Notes: a model not told the origin generated them from the letters alone. A stretch of 64,000 nucleotides of DNA from an uncultured Candidatus Actinomarina sp. (GCA_902571385.1 CACGBK010000002.1:56684-120683); one strand, 5' to 3'; shown: positions 50,318 through 60,970, counted from the stretch's first letter. Made by a program: numbers and translations.

Positions 50318-51061
50318 ATGTTACAAACCCAACTTCGATACATACAAACAGTTTTAACTTTTGGTATTTTCATTACCATTTTTTTGAACAACAGTAGCCT
50401 TATCATCGCTTGTTTTGTAGGCTTAGCATTAGCTTGGCAGCTTGAATTACTACTTTGCGAATTAAGAACAGACAATAACGAATTTATTTTTATTCTTTTA
50501 TTATTGTCGATCTCGTTTATCCCAGTTCTAACATCCTTTCTAAAGATTGACGATATAAATGGAATGATATTTTTAGTATCGATTTTGGTTGGAATTTTAT
50601 ATCTAGTTTTTAATGATATTAGCATATCAACATTTGGTAGTTCATATCTAGTGACAGTAATTAGTTTTTATATAATTTCTTTTTGCGTTTCAAAAGAATT
50701 TATTGAAAATTTGAACTATCTGACCTTTTTATTCTTGATGCTATTTTTTATAAAAACTCTTGCAACGTTTTTAAACATTCAATTTAGCAATTATCAATAC
50801 TTCTTCAATTTTTTTGCTTCATTTTTTGTGATTTCAACTATTAGCTTATTTTTAGGTTTTAGTTTTGAATATATTCTTATCGCAGCAGGTCTAGTCTCAA
50901 TATCTACAACAATTTTAAATTTCTTATTTCAACGAAATAGGAGAGAGTACAAATATTTTTCAGAGCTCACGACACAAATTTATCTCTATGATTATTTAAT
51001 CGCATTTTTATTTTCTTTGTATTTCGTAGATGTATTAAATCTCATTAATGGGTTATTCTAG
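50318..51061 (+). CDS. Polytopic membrane protein (247 aa)
   Basis: About 8 hydrophobic helices; low-GC; first gene of a 3-gene co-oriented cluster. Confidence 0.4.
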   Translation: MLQTQLRYIQTVLTFGIFITIFLNNSSLIIACFVGLALAWQLELLLCELRTDNNEFIFILLLLSISFIPVLTSFLKIDDINGMIFLVSILVGILYLVFNDISISTFGSSYLVTVISFYIISFCVSKEFIENLNYLTFLFLMLFFIKTLATFLNIQFSNYQYFFNFFASFFVISTISLFLGFSFEYILIAAGLVSISTTILNFLFQRNRREYKYFSELTTQIYLYDYLIAFLFSLYFVDVLNLINGLF

Positions 51062-51066
51062 ACTCT

Positions 51067-51888
51067 GTGGTTAAAGATCTTGTAGCTAGTTCCCCGTTCA
51101 TAAATCTAGGATTTATAGAAGCTGGAGAAATATTGAATGAATCAAATGTTGAAAAAATATTTGATTATTACAAAATCGATTCAGGAGTTGTTTCTTTTAA
51201 TCTCAACAGAGATTTTGTTGATTATCGAATAACTCCATTTTTCTCTACAGAACAGATAAGTGAATTAAATATAAATAACTTTGATCTTGACTCCTTGAGC
51301 TATTTTCAAGTAAGTGAATTCCTAAATCACAATTCATTTTCTTCTATCAAAATAGAGAAAAGTGATATTGCGGTCTATCTCCAATTGCCTGACAACTATG
51401 ATTCTTACTTAAAAAGTCTTAGTAAAAAAAATAGGCATGAACTAAAAAGAAAAAAAAGAATATTTGAGGATAAGTTCGTTGATTTTTCTTACGAACAATC
51501 AAAAGATGAAGCTATTTTTGACGAATTCGTTACATTGCACAGAAATTCAATTGGTGAAAAAGGTGATTACATGACAGAAGAGATTGAAAAGTTTTACAAA
51601 GCCCTTTTTGAAGATGATAAATGGGCAATTCACTATCTTAAACATAAAGATTCTATGATTGCGGGTGCTTTTGTCTATGAATCTGAAAAGGTCGAATACC
51701 TATATAACTCATGCAGAGACCATAATTTAGATGAATTCAATACTGGTACTTACTTAAATGATCAACTTTTACAAAATAGCATTAAAAAAAGTAAACAATA
51801 CTTTGATTTTCTTAAAGGGGAAGAAAAATATAAATTTAACTTTGGTGGAGAAGCACATCAGCTGTATGATTTAAAAATTAAAGTATGA
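51067..51888 (+). CDS. CelD/BioF2/FemAB-like GNAT-fold acyltransferase
   Basis: LSKKNRHELKRKKRIFED basic stretch and overall size match CelD-like/Acetyltransf_6 proteins; GTG start. Confidence 0.5.
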   Translation: MVKDLVASSPFINLGFIEAGEILNESNVEKIFDYYKIDSGVVSFNLNRDFVDYRITPFFSTEQISELNINNFDLDSLSYFQVSEFLNHNSFSSIKIEKSDIAVYLQLPDNYDSYLKSLSKKNRHELKRKKRIFEDKFVDFSYEQSKDEAIFDEFVTLHRNSIGEKGDYMTEEIEKFYKALFEDDKWAIHYLKHKDSMIAGAFVYESEKVEYLYNSCRDHNLDEFNTGTYLNDQLLQNSIKKSKQYFDFLKGEEKYKFNFGGEAHQLYDLKIKV

Positions 51889-53018
51889 ATATTCTCCAAT
51901 TATCATTTCACGCTTCTCCTTTCAGTGAAATAGGAAAAAATGATGGTGGAGGTATGAGTGTTTACGTTCAACAAATTTCAAAACACTTATCGGAGAATCA
52001 CAATGTAACTGTTGTAACAGGTGAAAAAGCAGAGAGTTTCATAAGTAAAAATCTTGAATTTATTTCCTTGGACATATTTGAACCTGAACTAAATGTTGAG
52101 GATAAAGAAATCCACTTGCAGACATTTAAAAATAAACTTGAAGAATCCTTAGAGTTAAAAAGCTTTGACGTAATTCATGCACATTATTGGTTATCAGGTC
52201 TTGTTGCAAAAGAGATTTCAAATGAATTAAACATACCTTTTGTTTTTACATCTCACAGTTTGGGGGTTTTTTTAGACGGCTACAACAAGGAAAGAGTTGA
52301 TTGCGAAAAAATAGTAATGACATCATCTAATGTAGTTACTGCTTCTTCAGTTTTTGAAACTATGTTGATTACTGATACATACAAAGTTGATGAAAATAAA
52401 ATTAAAAAAGTTACTCCAGGAGTTGATAGAAAAATATTTTCTCCAGATTTGTCAGTTAAAAAAGAAAACATTTTTTTATCGATTGGCAGAATACAAGAAC
52501 AAAAAGGACAACTTCAAACCTTAGAATTTTTAAATAATTTTAAAAAAATTGAAGATGATTTTAAATGTATTTTTATTGGGGGACCTAGTGGCAAGTATGG
52601 AAACGAATATTTACAGGAGCTTAAGCAAACTGTCAAAGATTTTAATTTGGAGGAGAATATTGAGTTCTTAGATAATCTTTCTCAAATAAAAATTATTGAA
52701 TTACTCAATAAAGCAAAATTATTGATTCATACTTCGGAATTTGAAACCTTTGGACTTGTTGCCATCGAAGCTAACACAATGGGGGTACCCGTACTTACAA
52801 CTAATAATGGATCATTAATGGAAATTATTGAAAACAACCGAAACGGCTATCTTTCTGAAGATTTAGTTGATGGTAATGTTAATAGCTTTGTTAAAAATTT
52901 ACTAAATGATAATAAGAAGTTCAAAGAAATATCTTTAGATTGTTTAAGGATATCAAAAGATTATGACTGGAAAGTTACAACATCGAATTTAAATAAAATA
53001 TATGAAGGCTTAATTTAA
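51885..53018 (+). CDS. Glycosyltransferase family 4
   Basis: TSEFETFGLVAIEANTMGVPVLTT (E-x7-E); ATGA overlap with upstream gene. Confidence 0.75.
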   Translation: MNILQLSFHASPFSEIGKNDGGGMSVYVQQISKHLSENHNVTVVTGEKAESFISKNLEFISLDIFEPELNVEDKEIHLQTFKNKLEESLELKSFDVIHAHYWLSGLVAKEISNELNIPFVFTSHSLGVFLDGYNKERVDCEKIVMTSSNVVTASSVFETMLITDTYKVDENKIKKVTPGVDRKIFSPDLSVKKENIFLSIGRIQEQKGQLQTLEFLNNFKKIEDDFKCIFIGGPSGKYGNEYLQELKQTVKDFNLEENIEFLDNLSQIKIIELLNKAKLLIHTSEFETFGLVAIEANTMGVPVLTTNNGSLMEIIENNRNGYLSEDLVDGNVNSFVKNLLNDNKKFKEISLDCLRISKDYDWKVTTSNLNKIYEGLI

Positions 53019-54224
53019 AGATTCAATAAATTTCCCTATTTCAAAGAGATACCTTTCTGGATCTGCATTCCAAGATGTAACATGACCAACATTTGCCATT
53101 CTAATATAAGTAAAATTTGTTCTTCTATTAGCTGCAATATAATCTGTCATTTCTACAGGAACCCATTCGTCATCATCTCCATGGAAAAATAGAACTGGGA
53201 CTTCAGATTCTACTAATGCATCTCTAAAATCCATGGTGTCAAAATCTATTCCGTATCTAATTTCAGTAAAAAGTTTTATGTATGGGAAAAATAATTCAGG
53301 TATAAATGGATATCTAGCTTTCCCATTGACTTCTACGCTTTCCCAAAAGCTAATAAGTCCTGCTTCAAGAATAATTCCATCAACTCTATTTGATTCGGGA
53401 TTTTTTTCAAGCCAACTAGTTATTGGTCCTCCACCACCACTTGTTCCCCATAAAATAATTTTTTCTGGATTAATATTTTCTTCAACATATTTTATAGCAT
53501 TATCAAGATCGATCCATTCTGTGACTCCATACTGATAAAGGCCTGAAGGATCTTTTGGTGAGTTTGCATCATTTCTATAAGAAATAATTAATGATCTAAA
53601 ACCAAGATTTTCGAAATCCGGAGCTCTAAGCATAGCTGTAAAATCACGTTCAAATGCCCCTCTAAATCCATGGACAAAGATGACAACACCAGTATCACCA
53701 TTAGTTGTTAAATATGCAGGAAACATACCAAGATCGGACTCATATTCAATATATTCAAAATCTGTGTTGGAGACTGATTTTGGAGTATATTTTCCATTTT
53801 GATCGATTCCTTCATAATCACTTGTTCCAAGAATGCTATATTTTCCATTATCTATTTTTAGAAGGGGAGAAGAAGCAACTCTTTCACCAACCTCTAGTTC
53901 TCCACTAAATTGAAGAACTTCTCTGGTGATGATATCTCCTTCGAGTGAAATAATAGTACTTACAACCGCACTTCCATTTTCTCCAAGTACACCATAAATA
54001 CCATCTTCTAATAGAACTCCCCATTTTTCTTCTTCTACATTTAATGAAATTGTATTATTGGAAATACTTTCAATAATCACTCTATCCTCTGCAACACCAA
54101 CATCTTCTTGATCATCAAATTCAGGATTTAACCCAGCTTCATAAGTAACTCCAGAAAAAAACCATCCTGCACCAAATAGACCAATAATTAAAAGCATGCC
54201 TAATCCAAGAAGTATTTTTTTCAT
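53010..54224 (-). CDS. Secreted/membrane-anchored alpha/beta hydrolase
   Basis: N-terminal hydrophobic anchor; WGTSGGGG nucleophile-elbow-like and HGxxDDWV region typical of alpha/beta hydrolase (prolyl oligopeptidase/dienelactone hydrolase type). Confidence 0.5.
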   Translation of the reverse strand: MKKILLGLGMLLIIGLFGAGWFFSGVTYEAGLNPEFDDQEDVGVAEDRVIIESISNNTISLNVEEEKWGVLLEDGIYGVLGENGSAVVSTIISLEGDIITREVLQFSGELEVGERVASSPLLKIDNGKYSILGTSDYEGIDQNGKYTPKSVSNTDFEYIEYESDLGMFPAYLTTNGDTGVVIFVHGFRGAFERDFTAMLRAPDFENLGFRSLIISYRNDANSPKDPSGLYQYGVTEWIDLDNAIKYVEENINPEKIILWGTSGGGGPITSWLEKNPESNRVDGIILEAGLISFWESVEVNGKARYPFIPELFFPYIKLFTEIRYGIDFDTMDFRDALVESEVPVLFFHGDDDEWVPVEMTDYIAANRRTNFTYIRMANVGHVTSWNADPERYLFEIGKFIESLN

Positions 54225-55165
54225 CTGTTCAAATTTTCTTTAAAAAAATCTACAGCTTTCTTTTGAAATTCATCTGGATATACATACATGACCTCTGTAT
54301 GAGATAGTTCTTCATATCTATATATGTCCATCGTGACAGAATACTTATTACCAGCACTAATTAAGTCGTCTGTGTGGTGGGATAAAACTCTATCACTTTT
54401 AACACCATTAAATATAATCATAGGATTTCTACCTGCTGAAACCCCGTCTTCAGGACTTATTTCAGTGATATCAACTCCTTCAAAAAGTAATGCATAATGA
54501 TTTACTGGCTCAAATAAAAAACCAGGAAATTCCTGATAAACCAGTTCTTCTCTTACCAAGGTTGCAAAGTCAAATGGAGTATCAACAATCGAAAGGGCAT
54601 TTATATCATCTGAAATATATTGAGTCATTAAGGCTACCATTGCACCAAATGATGAGCCATGCAATCCAATATTTTCTGAGGGAATATCTTTCTCATTGAT
54701 TAACCAATCAATCGCAGCTTTAACGTCATAAATTTCTTTTTGGCCCGCCGAATGAACTCCATCTTCACAAGTACTTTCACCATGATCTCTGAAGTCAAAT
54801 GTTAAATAGTTAAATCCCTCACTCACAAGCATTCCTCCAACAAGTAAGACATCAGGAGAATGCTTACCACTAGTGACACCATGTAAACCAATTATTGTTG
54901 GAGCGTTTTTATCTGTTTCCATCCACCAACCACTTAAAACAACATCATCATTTGTATTAATCAAAACAGTCTCATAATCTTGAACAAAATATTTTGATGG
55001 ATCCCAATCTGCTTTTTCTCCAAGTGTGAAATTATCTGGTCTATTTTCTTTTTCAGACTCTACAACTGCACAGGGAACAGCGACTGATTCTCCGTAGACA
55101 TAAAAACCAATTCCAAAATATGCAATAATTATAAAAAATAATATCCCAACTATTACTTTTCTCAT
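54221..55165 (-). CDS. Alpha/beta hydrolase with signal anchor
   Basis: IGLHGSSFGAMVAL GxSxG nucleophile elbow; N-terminal TM; 4-bp overlap with downstream hydrolase gene. Confidence 0.55.
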   Translation of the reverse strand: MRKVIVGILFFIIIAYFGIGFYVYGESVAVPCAVVESEKENRPDNFTLGEKADWDPSKYFVQDYETVLINTNDDVVLSGWWMETDKNAPTIIGLHGVTSGKHSPDVLLVGGMLVSEGFNYLTFDFRDHGESTCEDGVHSAGQKEIYDVKAAIDWLINEKDIPSENIGLHGSSFGAMVALMTQYISDDINALSIVDTPFDFATLVREELVYQEFPGFLFEPVNHYALLFEGVDITEISPEDGVSAGRNPMIIFNGVKSDRVLSHHTDDLISAGNKYSVTMDIYRYEELSHTEVMYVYPDEFQKKAVDFFKENLNR

Positions 55166-55217
55166 CTTGTCCCTTTTTTATGTATTTAAGATCTCAAGTA
55201 CTTTTATACTTATTCTA

Positions 55218-56021
55218 ATGACAAAGATTATATCATTTGCATCAGATTTTGGGATTTCTGACGGTTCAGTTGGCATTGTTAAGGGTGTCATTAGTAGGAT
55301 CGATCCAACTATCAACGTCAATGATATTTCACATGGGATTCCACCACAAAATATAAAATATGGAAGCCTTTTGCTCATGAGAGCTATTCAATATATTCCA
55401 CAAGGTGTTCTTTTAGCAGTTGTAGACCCAGGTGTTGGGACGGCAAGAAAACCTGTTGCAATAGAAACTGATTGGGGAGTAATGATTGGACCTGATAATG
55501 GATTATTAAATCTTGCATGTGCGACAGTAGGAGGAGCCAAAAAAGCCTATCTCCTTGAGAATGAAAACTGGATTATCCCAAGTGATGGTAATACATTTCA
55601 TGCCAGAGATATATTTTCTCCTTTTGCTGCTGGGATTGCTTCAGGTCAGCTTGATATTAAAGATTGTGGTGAGGAAGTTGACCTAATGAATCTTCAGCAA
55701 TATTTGATTCCTTTAACAGAAAAAAAAGAAGATGAGATAAAGGGCGAAATCTTATGGGTTGATCACTACGGTAATTGTCAAACTAACATTTCACCGGATG
55801 AACTAGCTGATCTTGGAAAAAATATTGGAGACATTTTAAGCGTTAATATACAAAATCAGGAAATTAAAATGACTTGGTCTGAGACATATCAAAGTGATGG
55901 CGTGAATCAAGTTGGATTAATTACTGACTCTTGGGGTATGATTTCAATTTTTGCTAAAAATAACAACGCCTCAGAGGTAATAGGTATTGTTGATGGTGAA
56001 AAAATAGATATTAAGAAATAA
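55218..56021 (+). CDS. S-adenosyl-L-methionine hydroxide adenosyltransferase (DUF62; fluorinase/chlorinase-related fold)
   Basis: ISFASDFGISDGSVGIVKGVI...LLAVVDPGVGTARKPVA...GPDNGLL...TFHARDIFSPFAAGIASG matches the DUF62 consensus throughout; start moved to ATG 55218 (upstream extension is a hydrophobic artefact). Confidence 0.8.
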   Translation: MTKIISFASDFGISDGSVGIVKGVISRIDPTINVNDISHGIPPQNIKYGSLLLMRAIQYIPQGVLLAVVDPGVGTARKPVAIETDWGVMIGPDNGLLNLACATVGGAKKAYLLENENWIIPSDGNTFHARDIFSPFAAGIASGQLDIKDCGEEVDLMNLQQYLIPLTEKKEDEIKGEILWVDHYGNCQTNISPDELADLGKNIGDILSVNIQNQEIKMTWSETYQSDGVNQVGLITDSWGMISIFAKNNNASEVIGIVDGEKIDIKK

Positions 56022-56087
56022 TATTTAAGACAATAGCTCCTGAAACAAAGATAATTACAGCTAATAAAACAATAAAAATTAAAGTCC

Positions 56088-56372
56088 ATGGCCTCATTTG
56101 ACTATATTAGAGATATGCCTACATTACGTATTGTCATTACTGAAAATTGCGAATTATGCGAAAAAGGTTTAAAAAATCTTAGTTTTTTAAATAACCTTTT
56201 TACTATCAAAAAAGTTGATGTTGAAGAAGGGTATCAAGAATTTTTATTAAGAGTTCCAGTTGTTTTATATGGTAAGAAAGTTTTGGACGAGGGAATCTTA
56301 AGTCAATACGTAATTTTTAGAAATTTTCTTAAATACAATATTCTTAAAATTCTTTTTCATACAGATTTTTAA
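56088..56372 (+). CDS. Small glutaredoxin/thioredoxin-like CxxC protein
   Basis: 94 aa, ITENCELCEKG CxxC in thioredoxin-fold spacing. Confidence 0.4.
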   Translation: MASFDYIRDMPTLRIVITENCELCEKGLKNLSFLNNLFTIKKVDVEEGYQEFLLRVPVVLYGKKVLDEGILSQYVIFRNFLKYNILKILFHTDF

Positions 56373-56380
56373 AAAAACAA

Positions 56381-57283
56381 TTAAATATCGATAGGTTTTG
56401 ACTTATCTGTATTTTCTACTTTTTTTTCTAGAAAAGATATGATTTCTTTTGCAACATCAATATCTGACGCAGATTCAATTCCCTCTAATCCAGGAGAAGA
56501 ATTTACTTCTAAGACCAAAGGCCCTCTGTCAGATTGAACTAGATCTACACCGGCCACATCTAGTTTTAAAATTTTTGCAGCCTTGACAGCACTTTCTTCC
56601 TCTTCTTTTGAAATATTGTAATTTTCAGCTCTTCCTCCTAGATGAACGTTTGATCGAAACTCACCAGGTTTTGCGATTCTTTTCATTGAAGCAACCACTT
56701 TATCTCCAACTACAATTGCTCTAATGTCTTCACCATTTGCTTCACTTATAAATTCTTGAACTAAAATATTTGCATCTATTTTTTTCATTGTTTCAATAAC
56801 ACTAATTGCTGCATCCATTGTTTCGGTTAACACAACACCTCTTCCTTGAGTTCCTTCTAGCAATTTAATAACAAAAGGAGGCTCTCCAACACTTTTTAAA
56901 ACAGATTCCACATCTCTAGAAAAATGAACGTACCCAGTTACTGGCATTTCTACTCCAGTATTTCCAATAAGCTGTAAAGCTCTTAATTTATCTCTAGATC
57001 TACTTATTCCAGCCGAAGAATTTGCCGACACTGATCCCATTAATTCAAATTGACGAACAACTGCCGCACCATAAAATGTCCAAGTCGCAGCAATTCTTGG
57101 TATTACGGAATCAAAGCTTAGCTCTCTACCAGCAGAAAATATTCTAGGTTTTGCTTTAGCAATATTCATGTAACACCTTAAATAACTTACTACTTCAGTA
57201 TCATGACCTCTTTCAACTGCAGTCTCATAAAGACGTTTTGTAGAATACAATCTAATATCTTGTGATAAAATTCCAATCTTCAT
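56381..57283 (-). CDS. rimK: RimK-family ATP-grasp ligase (ribosomal protein S6 glutamate ligase-like)
   Basis: Full-length ATP-grasp with [27 protein letters not shown] start; SD AGGAG 7 nt upstream inside preceding gene. Confidence 0.85.
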   Translation of the reverse strand: MKIGILSQDIRLYSTKRLYETAVERGHDTEVVSYLRCYMNIAKAKPRIFSAGRELSFDSVIPRIAATWTFYGAAVVRQFELMGSVSANSSAGISRSRDKLRALQLIGNTGVEMPVTGYVHFSRDVESVLKSVGEPPFVIKLLEGTQGRGVVLTETMDAAISVIETMKKIDANILVQEFISEANGEDIRAIVVGDKVVASMKRIAKPGEFRSNVHLGGRAENYNISKEEEESAVKAAKILKLDVAGVDLVQSDRGPLVLEVNSSPGLEGIESASDIDVAKEIISFLEKKVENTDKSKPIDI

Positions 57284-57285
57284 TT

Positions 57286-57726
57286 TTATTCTCCTGAAGG
57301 CTTTGTTAAAAAACCTATGGACGGATTAACTACCCATCTTCTCCCTAAGGCTTTTCTTCCAATCAGCATCGTGTAATCCATAGGACCTCTATCGGTAAGA
57401 GTCAGTTCAATATTTTTTGTAATACCATCCATCAGGATATCAGTTTTTATGTACGGTCTTTTTTCAACATCACCATTAGAACTTTTTATTCTTTTAAATC
57501 CTGCAAGTGGTGCAGAGGTTTTTCTAATTGTATTGTTTCTTTTTTTTACAGTGAACTTTACGTACTTAATATCATTCTTAGTTATAAACTTTATGTTTGC
57601 AGCATCTATAGTTGCGACATTTGCACCAGTATCAATTTTTGCTATTACACTTTTAATCTTTAAGTCAGGCAGAGCAACGTGTTCTTTCCAACCTACGGCT
57701 CTCTTTTCTTTCTTTTTTTTGGCCAT
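57286..57726 (-). CDS. Retropepsin-like aspartic protease (RimK-associated protein, ATP-dependent zinc protease family)
   Basis: 146 aa, [19 protein letters not shown] (D-T/S-G-A aspartyl protease motif); 2 bp upstream of rimK. Confidence 0.6.
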   Translation of the reverse strand: MAKKKKEKRAVGWKEHVALPDLKIKSVIAKIDTGANVATIDAANIKFITKNDIKYVKFTVKKRNNTIRKTSAPLAGFKRIKSSNGDVEKRPYIKTDILMDGITKNIELTLTDRGPMDYTMLIGRKALGRRWVVNPSIGFLTKPSGE

Positions 57727-57844
57727 ATTTTTATAAAATTACATAGAAAAGAACAATACTAAATGCGATCAAAAATACATGAATATATATTGCTGGCAAC
57801 ATAAAAAAAATAGTAGTTTGATTATTTAAACAATCAACTTGAAT

Positions 57845-58807
57845 TTATTTGTTTATTTGACTTGATGTTTCAACTGCTTCAGCAGTAACTTCGTCCTCAA
57901 CTTCTAAAAGACCACAATCTTCTAAAACTTCATTTGTGTCGCCACCACCAAATACAACTCTTTCAAACACAACTACCGCATAAAGTTCATCTTCTGTCAG
58001 CTTTCCAGCGAAACCTGGCATTCCCCCAATAGAAACTTTATTCTCAGCACCATAAGCTGGACCAACGTCAGCTTGCCATCCTGCTGATCCTAGCTCAATC
58101 CAAAGTGCATGATCACTACACGTTGGGAATGTTGTGTAGAGCTCGCCCCCTGTAAATGCTGGTCCAACACCACCACCTCCATTCACACCGTGGCAACCAG
58201 CACAAGCAGCTGCTCCAGAATATATTTGTTGTCCAAGAGCAATGTAATTTATAGAACTTGCTGAGCCAACACCCTTGCCTTCAAAAGCTGAACCATCACA
58301 ATTAATTGTCAATTGAGATTTTCTATCAATATCAAGAATGCCATTTTCTCCACATTCTTGTGTTGATGAGGTATTTATTATTCCAATCACTATAAATAAA
58401 GGAATTAGGACAAAGCTTACATTTAACCATCTAGGCAAAGCAGTTTCCGCATTAACTTTGATATTTAATGTTTTATTAGCAAAAGCGATTTTTTGAGTTA
58501 TTTTTTTTGTACTTCTTGAAGTAGACAGTTCTTGAGTCGACTCCTTTTCATCAACAATGATTTCATTTTCATCTTCTTTATCATTTTCTTGAACACGTAC
58601 TGGTTCTTCAACAGGTGTTTCTTCTTGAACAGGTGCTGGTTCTTCAGCAGTCTTTTCAACTGCAGCTACACTTTCACCACCAGCCCAAGATTGTAAAACC
58701 TCATCAACACTTTTACCTGATGCTTCTGCTCTTGCCTCTGCTGATCGTTGAACCAACGATTCTGGAGCATTTAATATTTCTGCGACTTTACTTAAGAGTT
58801 CACTCAT
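57845..58807 (-). CDS. Membrane-anchored monoheme c-type cytochrome with N-terminal soluble motif and acidic Pro-rich linker
   Basis: CAGCHGVNGGGG (CxxCH) plus downstream GGMPGF Met ligand region; one TM helix (VSFVLIPLFIVIGII); SD GGAG upstream. Confidence 0.8.
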   Translation of the reverse strand: MSELLSKVAEILNAPESLVQRSAEARAEASGKSVDEVLQSWAGGESVAAVEKTAEEPAPVQEETPVEEPVRVQENDKEDENEIIVDEKESTQELSTSRSTKKITQKIAFANKTLNIKVNAETALPRWLNVSFVLIPLFIVIGIINTSSTQECGENGILDIDRKSQLTINCDGSAFEGKGVGSASSINYIALGQQIYSGAAACAGCHGVNGGGGVGPAFTGGELYTTFPTCSDHALWIELGSAGWQADVGPAYGAENKVSIGGMPGFAGKLTEDELYAVVVFERVVFGGGDTNEVLEDCGLLEVEDEVTAEAVETSSQINK

Positions 58808-60207
58808 ACTGGAAGCTCCTCTTCGGTCAGTTCCACTGTTTCAGCCTCTGTAATTTCTCCACTTACTATGGCTTTCATTACAGATATAAAGAATAGAAAA
58901 AATGGTAAAAGTAGGAGTAGCGACAAAAATAAATTTACTGATAAAGGAGTACTTATAAGAGACCATAATAATCCAAACCCTTCACCATATATCGTTGGGT
59001 TTCCTGCATTTGCTCCTGCATTCCATGAATATCCAGAAATTATTCCAATTAAAGCATTCGAGAATAATGTACCTGCTACAACAATTTTTATTATTAATAC
59101 AGTAAGAGACTCAAGTCTTGAAAATTTCACTTCTCTTCCAAAGATCTTAGGAATCAGATAATAAATGAAAGCAATAGATATCAAAATAGAACTAAAAACA
59201 TACCCATACCTTATTGCTATTTCAAAATTTGTAAGACTAAGAATGGGGATGATATTTGATAATGATGAAACAATTTGAAAAAGATTTGTTACTACAAAAA
59301 TTCCAAAGGAAAAACTAATAAGGCCATATATAATTTTATTTTCTTCGCTTCTAGTTATTACAGTCCTGAAAAAATTAACTGTTACGGCAAGGAGAGGAAG
59401 AGCCAAGCTTAATGATAAATAAAGTGAAATATTTTCAATCCAATTAGGCAAAACTGAACCAAAATAAAATTTAAAGTTCGTCCAGGGCAATAAAAATAAA
59501 TACCCCCAAAAACTAATTGATCCCAATGTTTTACTGTAAAGTGTTCCATTGATTCCTTTTGTAGTCATGAAATGAAGCAACGCTAAAAACACAAAAGAAT
59601 ATCCAACATATATATGTGTAGATACATATATAGAATTTATAAAAAAATTGTCACTAAATACAGCAAAATTTCCACGATAAACAATTAATGAGAGAGCATA
59701 AAATATAGCTGCTCCAAATAAATATTGTGCACTTATAAACATAGAAGCTTCTTTTTTTGCAAGAATATTTATTGATAAAAGACCTACAAAAGCAAACAAG
59801 ATTAAAACCTTGAAGATCATTGTATAAGTTGTATTACCAAAAGAATAAAAGTTGTTTGGAAACAAAAACCCTAATAATAGATCCAAAGACTCTAAACCTA
59901 TTACACCTAACGACGTCAGGAAGAAAATTGGAAATATAACTAATCTTCTACCAAGAGTTTTTGGCAGAAGATAGGAAGTCAAAAATATGATTAAGAATGA
60001 AAGCAAAAGGCTGTAAGTCATATGATTATTCAATTTATCGAGAAAACCGTAATTAAATACAATATTTTCGGGAAGAATATTCACAAAAAGAAAATATGCT
60101 TCTTTTAATAGTGATATACCTCCAAAAAGTAATAATAAAAATGGAATAATAACAATAAAAAATTTTGAAAATTCTTGTTCATTTTTTGGAAAAATTTTTA
60201 TTTTCAT
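58804..60207 (-). CDS. Polytopic membrane protein (467 aa) co-transcribed upstream of cytochrome c
   Basis: About 12 TM helices, only 3 His (not a heme-copper oxidase subunit I); ATGA overlap with cyt c start. Confidence 0.4.
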   Translation of the reverse strand: MKIKIFPKNEQEFSKFFIVIIPFLLLLFGGISLLKEAYFLFVNILPENIVFNYGFLDKLNNHMTYSLLLSFLIIFLTSYLLPKTLGRRLVIFPIFFLTSLGVIGLESLDLLLGFLFPNNFYSFGNTTYTMIFKVLILFAFVGLLSINILAKKEASMFISAQYLFGAAIFYALSLIVYRGNFAVFSDNFFINSIYVSTHIYVGYSFVFLALLHFMTTKGINGTLYSKTLGSISFWGYLFLLPWTNFKFYFGSVLPNWIENISLYLSLSLALPLLAVTVNFFRTVITRSEENKIIYGLISFSFGIFVVTNLFQIVSSLSNIIPILSLTNFEIAIRYGYVFSSILISIAFIYYLIPKIFGREVKFSRLESLTVLIIKIVVAGTLFSNALIGIISGYSWNAGANAGNPTIYGEGFGLLWSLISTPLSVNLFLSLLLLLPFFLFFISVMKAIVSGEITEAETVELTEEELPV

Positions 60208-60376
60208 TAGTTTAAATAGTAAGTACTCAATTTGACTTTACTATTAATCTGTAAAAAATACGTCAATAAAATATCTAATTTCCTAAAAAAGTACCGTTAT
60301 AAAATTTATATTATGTACCCAATTCTTGATACAATAGATATTGAAGGTTTTGAGTTAATGACGTGTAGAGGGAAAC
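60208..60376. promoter_or_regulatory. Divergent intergenic region between the cytochrome c operon and the ferredoxin-b6-subunit IV-Rieske operon
   Basis: 169 bp non-coding, AT-rich, between divergent starts. Confidence 0.3.
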
Positions 60377-60970
60377 TTGTTAAATTTTATATTTACTAAT
60401 CGATACAAAATTGGAGTAGCTTTAATATTTGCTGGCATTGGTGGTGTCACAATCGGTGTTATTATCGCCCATTTTGCTGGTTTTCCAGAGGGGGAAGTAA
60501 TTGATTACTTTAACTGGATGCCTCGAGGATGGTTAATGCAAACTATTGGCCAACTTATAGCATTTGGAGCTGGGCAACTTCTTTTGATTGGAATGGCAAT
60601 GTTAGCTTGGGAAGATACAGAGATGACATGGGCAAGAGCAACATATCTTGCTTTCTTAAGCTGGATCCAATTCGCACTAATTTTTGGGGTTTTGCCATCT
60701 GAATGGCTAAACCTTTCTCAGGGACCTCTTGAATGGACTAATCAAAGAGAATTTATAAACTTTCCGCCTATTCTTTTTCTTGGTAATGAAATTGGCCTCA
60801 GTCTTGGAGCACTTAAAGATATCATTCAACTCGGAATTTCTACTGGTGCATTAGTAACTGCTTTTGTTGTAGGATATTTAATTCAAGACATCAATGAAGC
60901 AAAAGAGAGGGGTAAAACAAGAATTTCTGATTATGGTAAAGAAGTTGTGAAGGTTGGTGCTGATGGCTAA
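60377..60970 (+). CDS. Membrane protein (197 aa), first gene of cytochrome b6-type complex operon
   Basis: 4-5 TM helices; overlaps ferredoxin gene by 17 bp; start uncertain. Confidence 0.4.
   Translation: MLNFIFTNRYKIGVALIFAGIGGVTIGVIIAHFAGFPEGEVIDYFNWMPRGWLMQTIGQLIAFGAGQLLLIGMAMLAWEDTEMTWARATYLAFLSWIQFALIFGVLPSEWLNLSQGPLEWTNQREFINFPPILFLGNEIGLSLGALKDIIQLGISTGALVTAFVVGYLIQDINEAKERGKTRISDYGKEVVKVGADG

Noticed and set aside
58804-60207. 467-aa membrane protein upstream of cytochrome c as a heme-copper oxidase subunit I
   Set aside because: Only three histidines and no GHPEVY/HH copper-ligand motifs.
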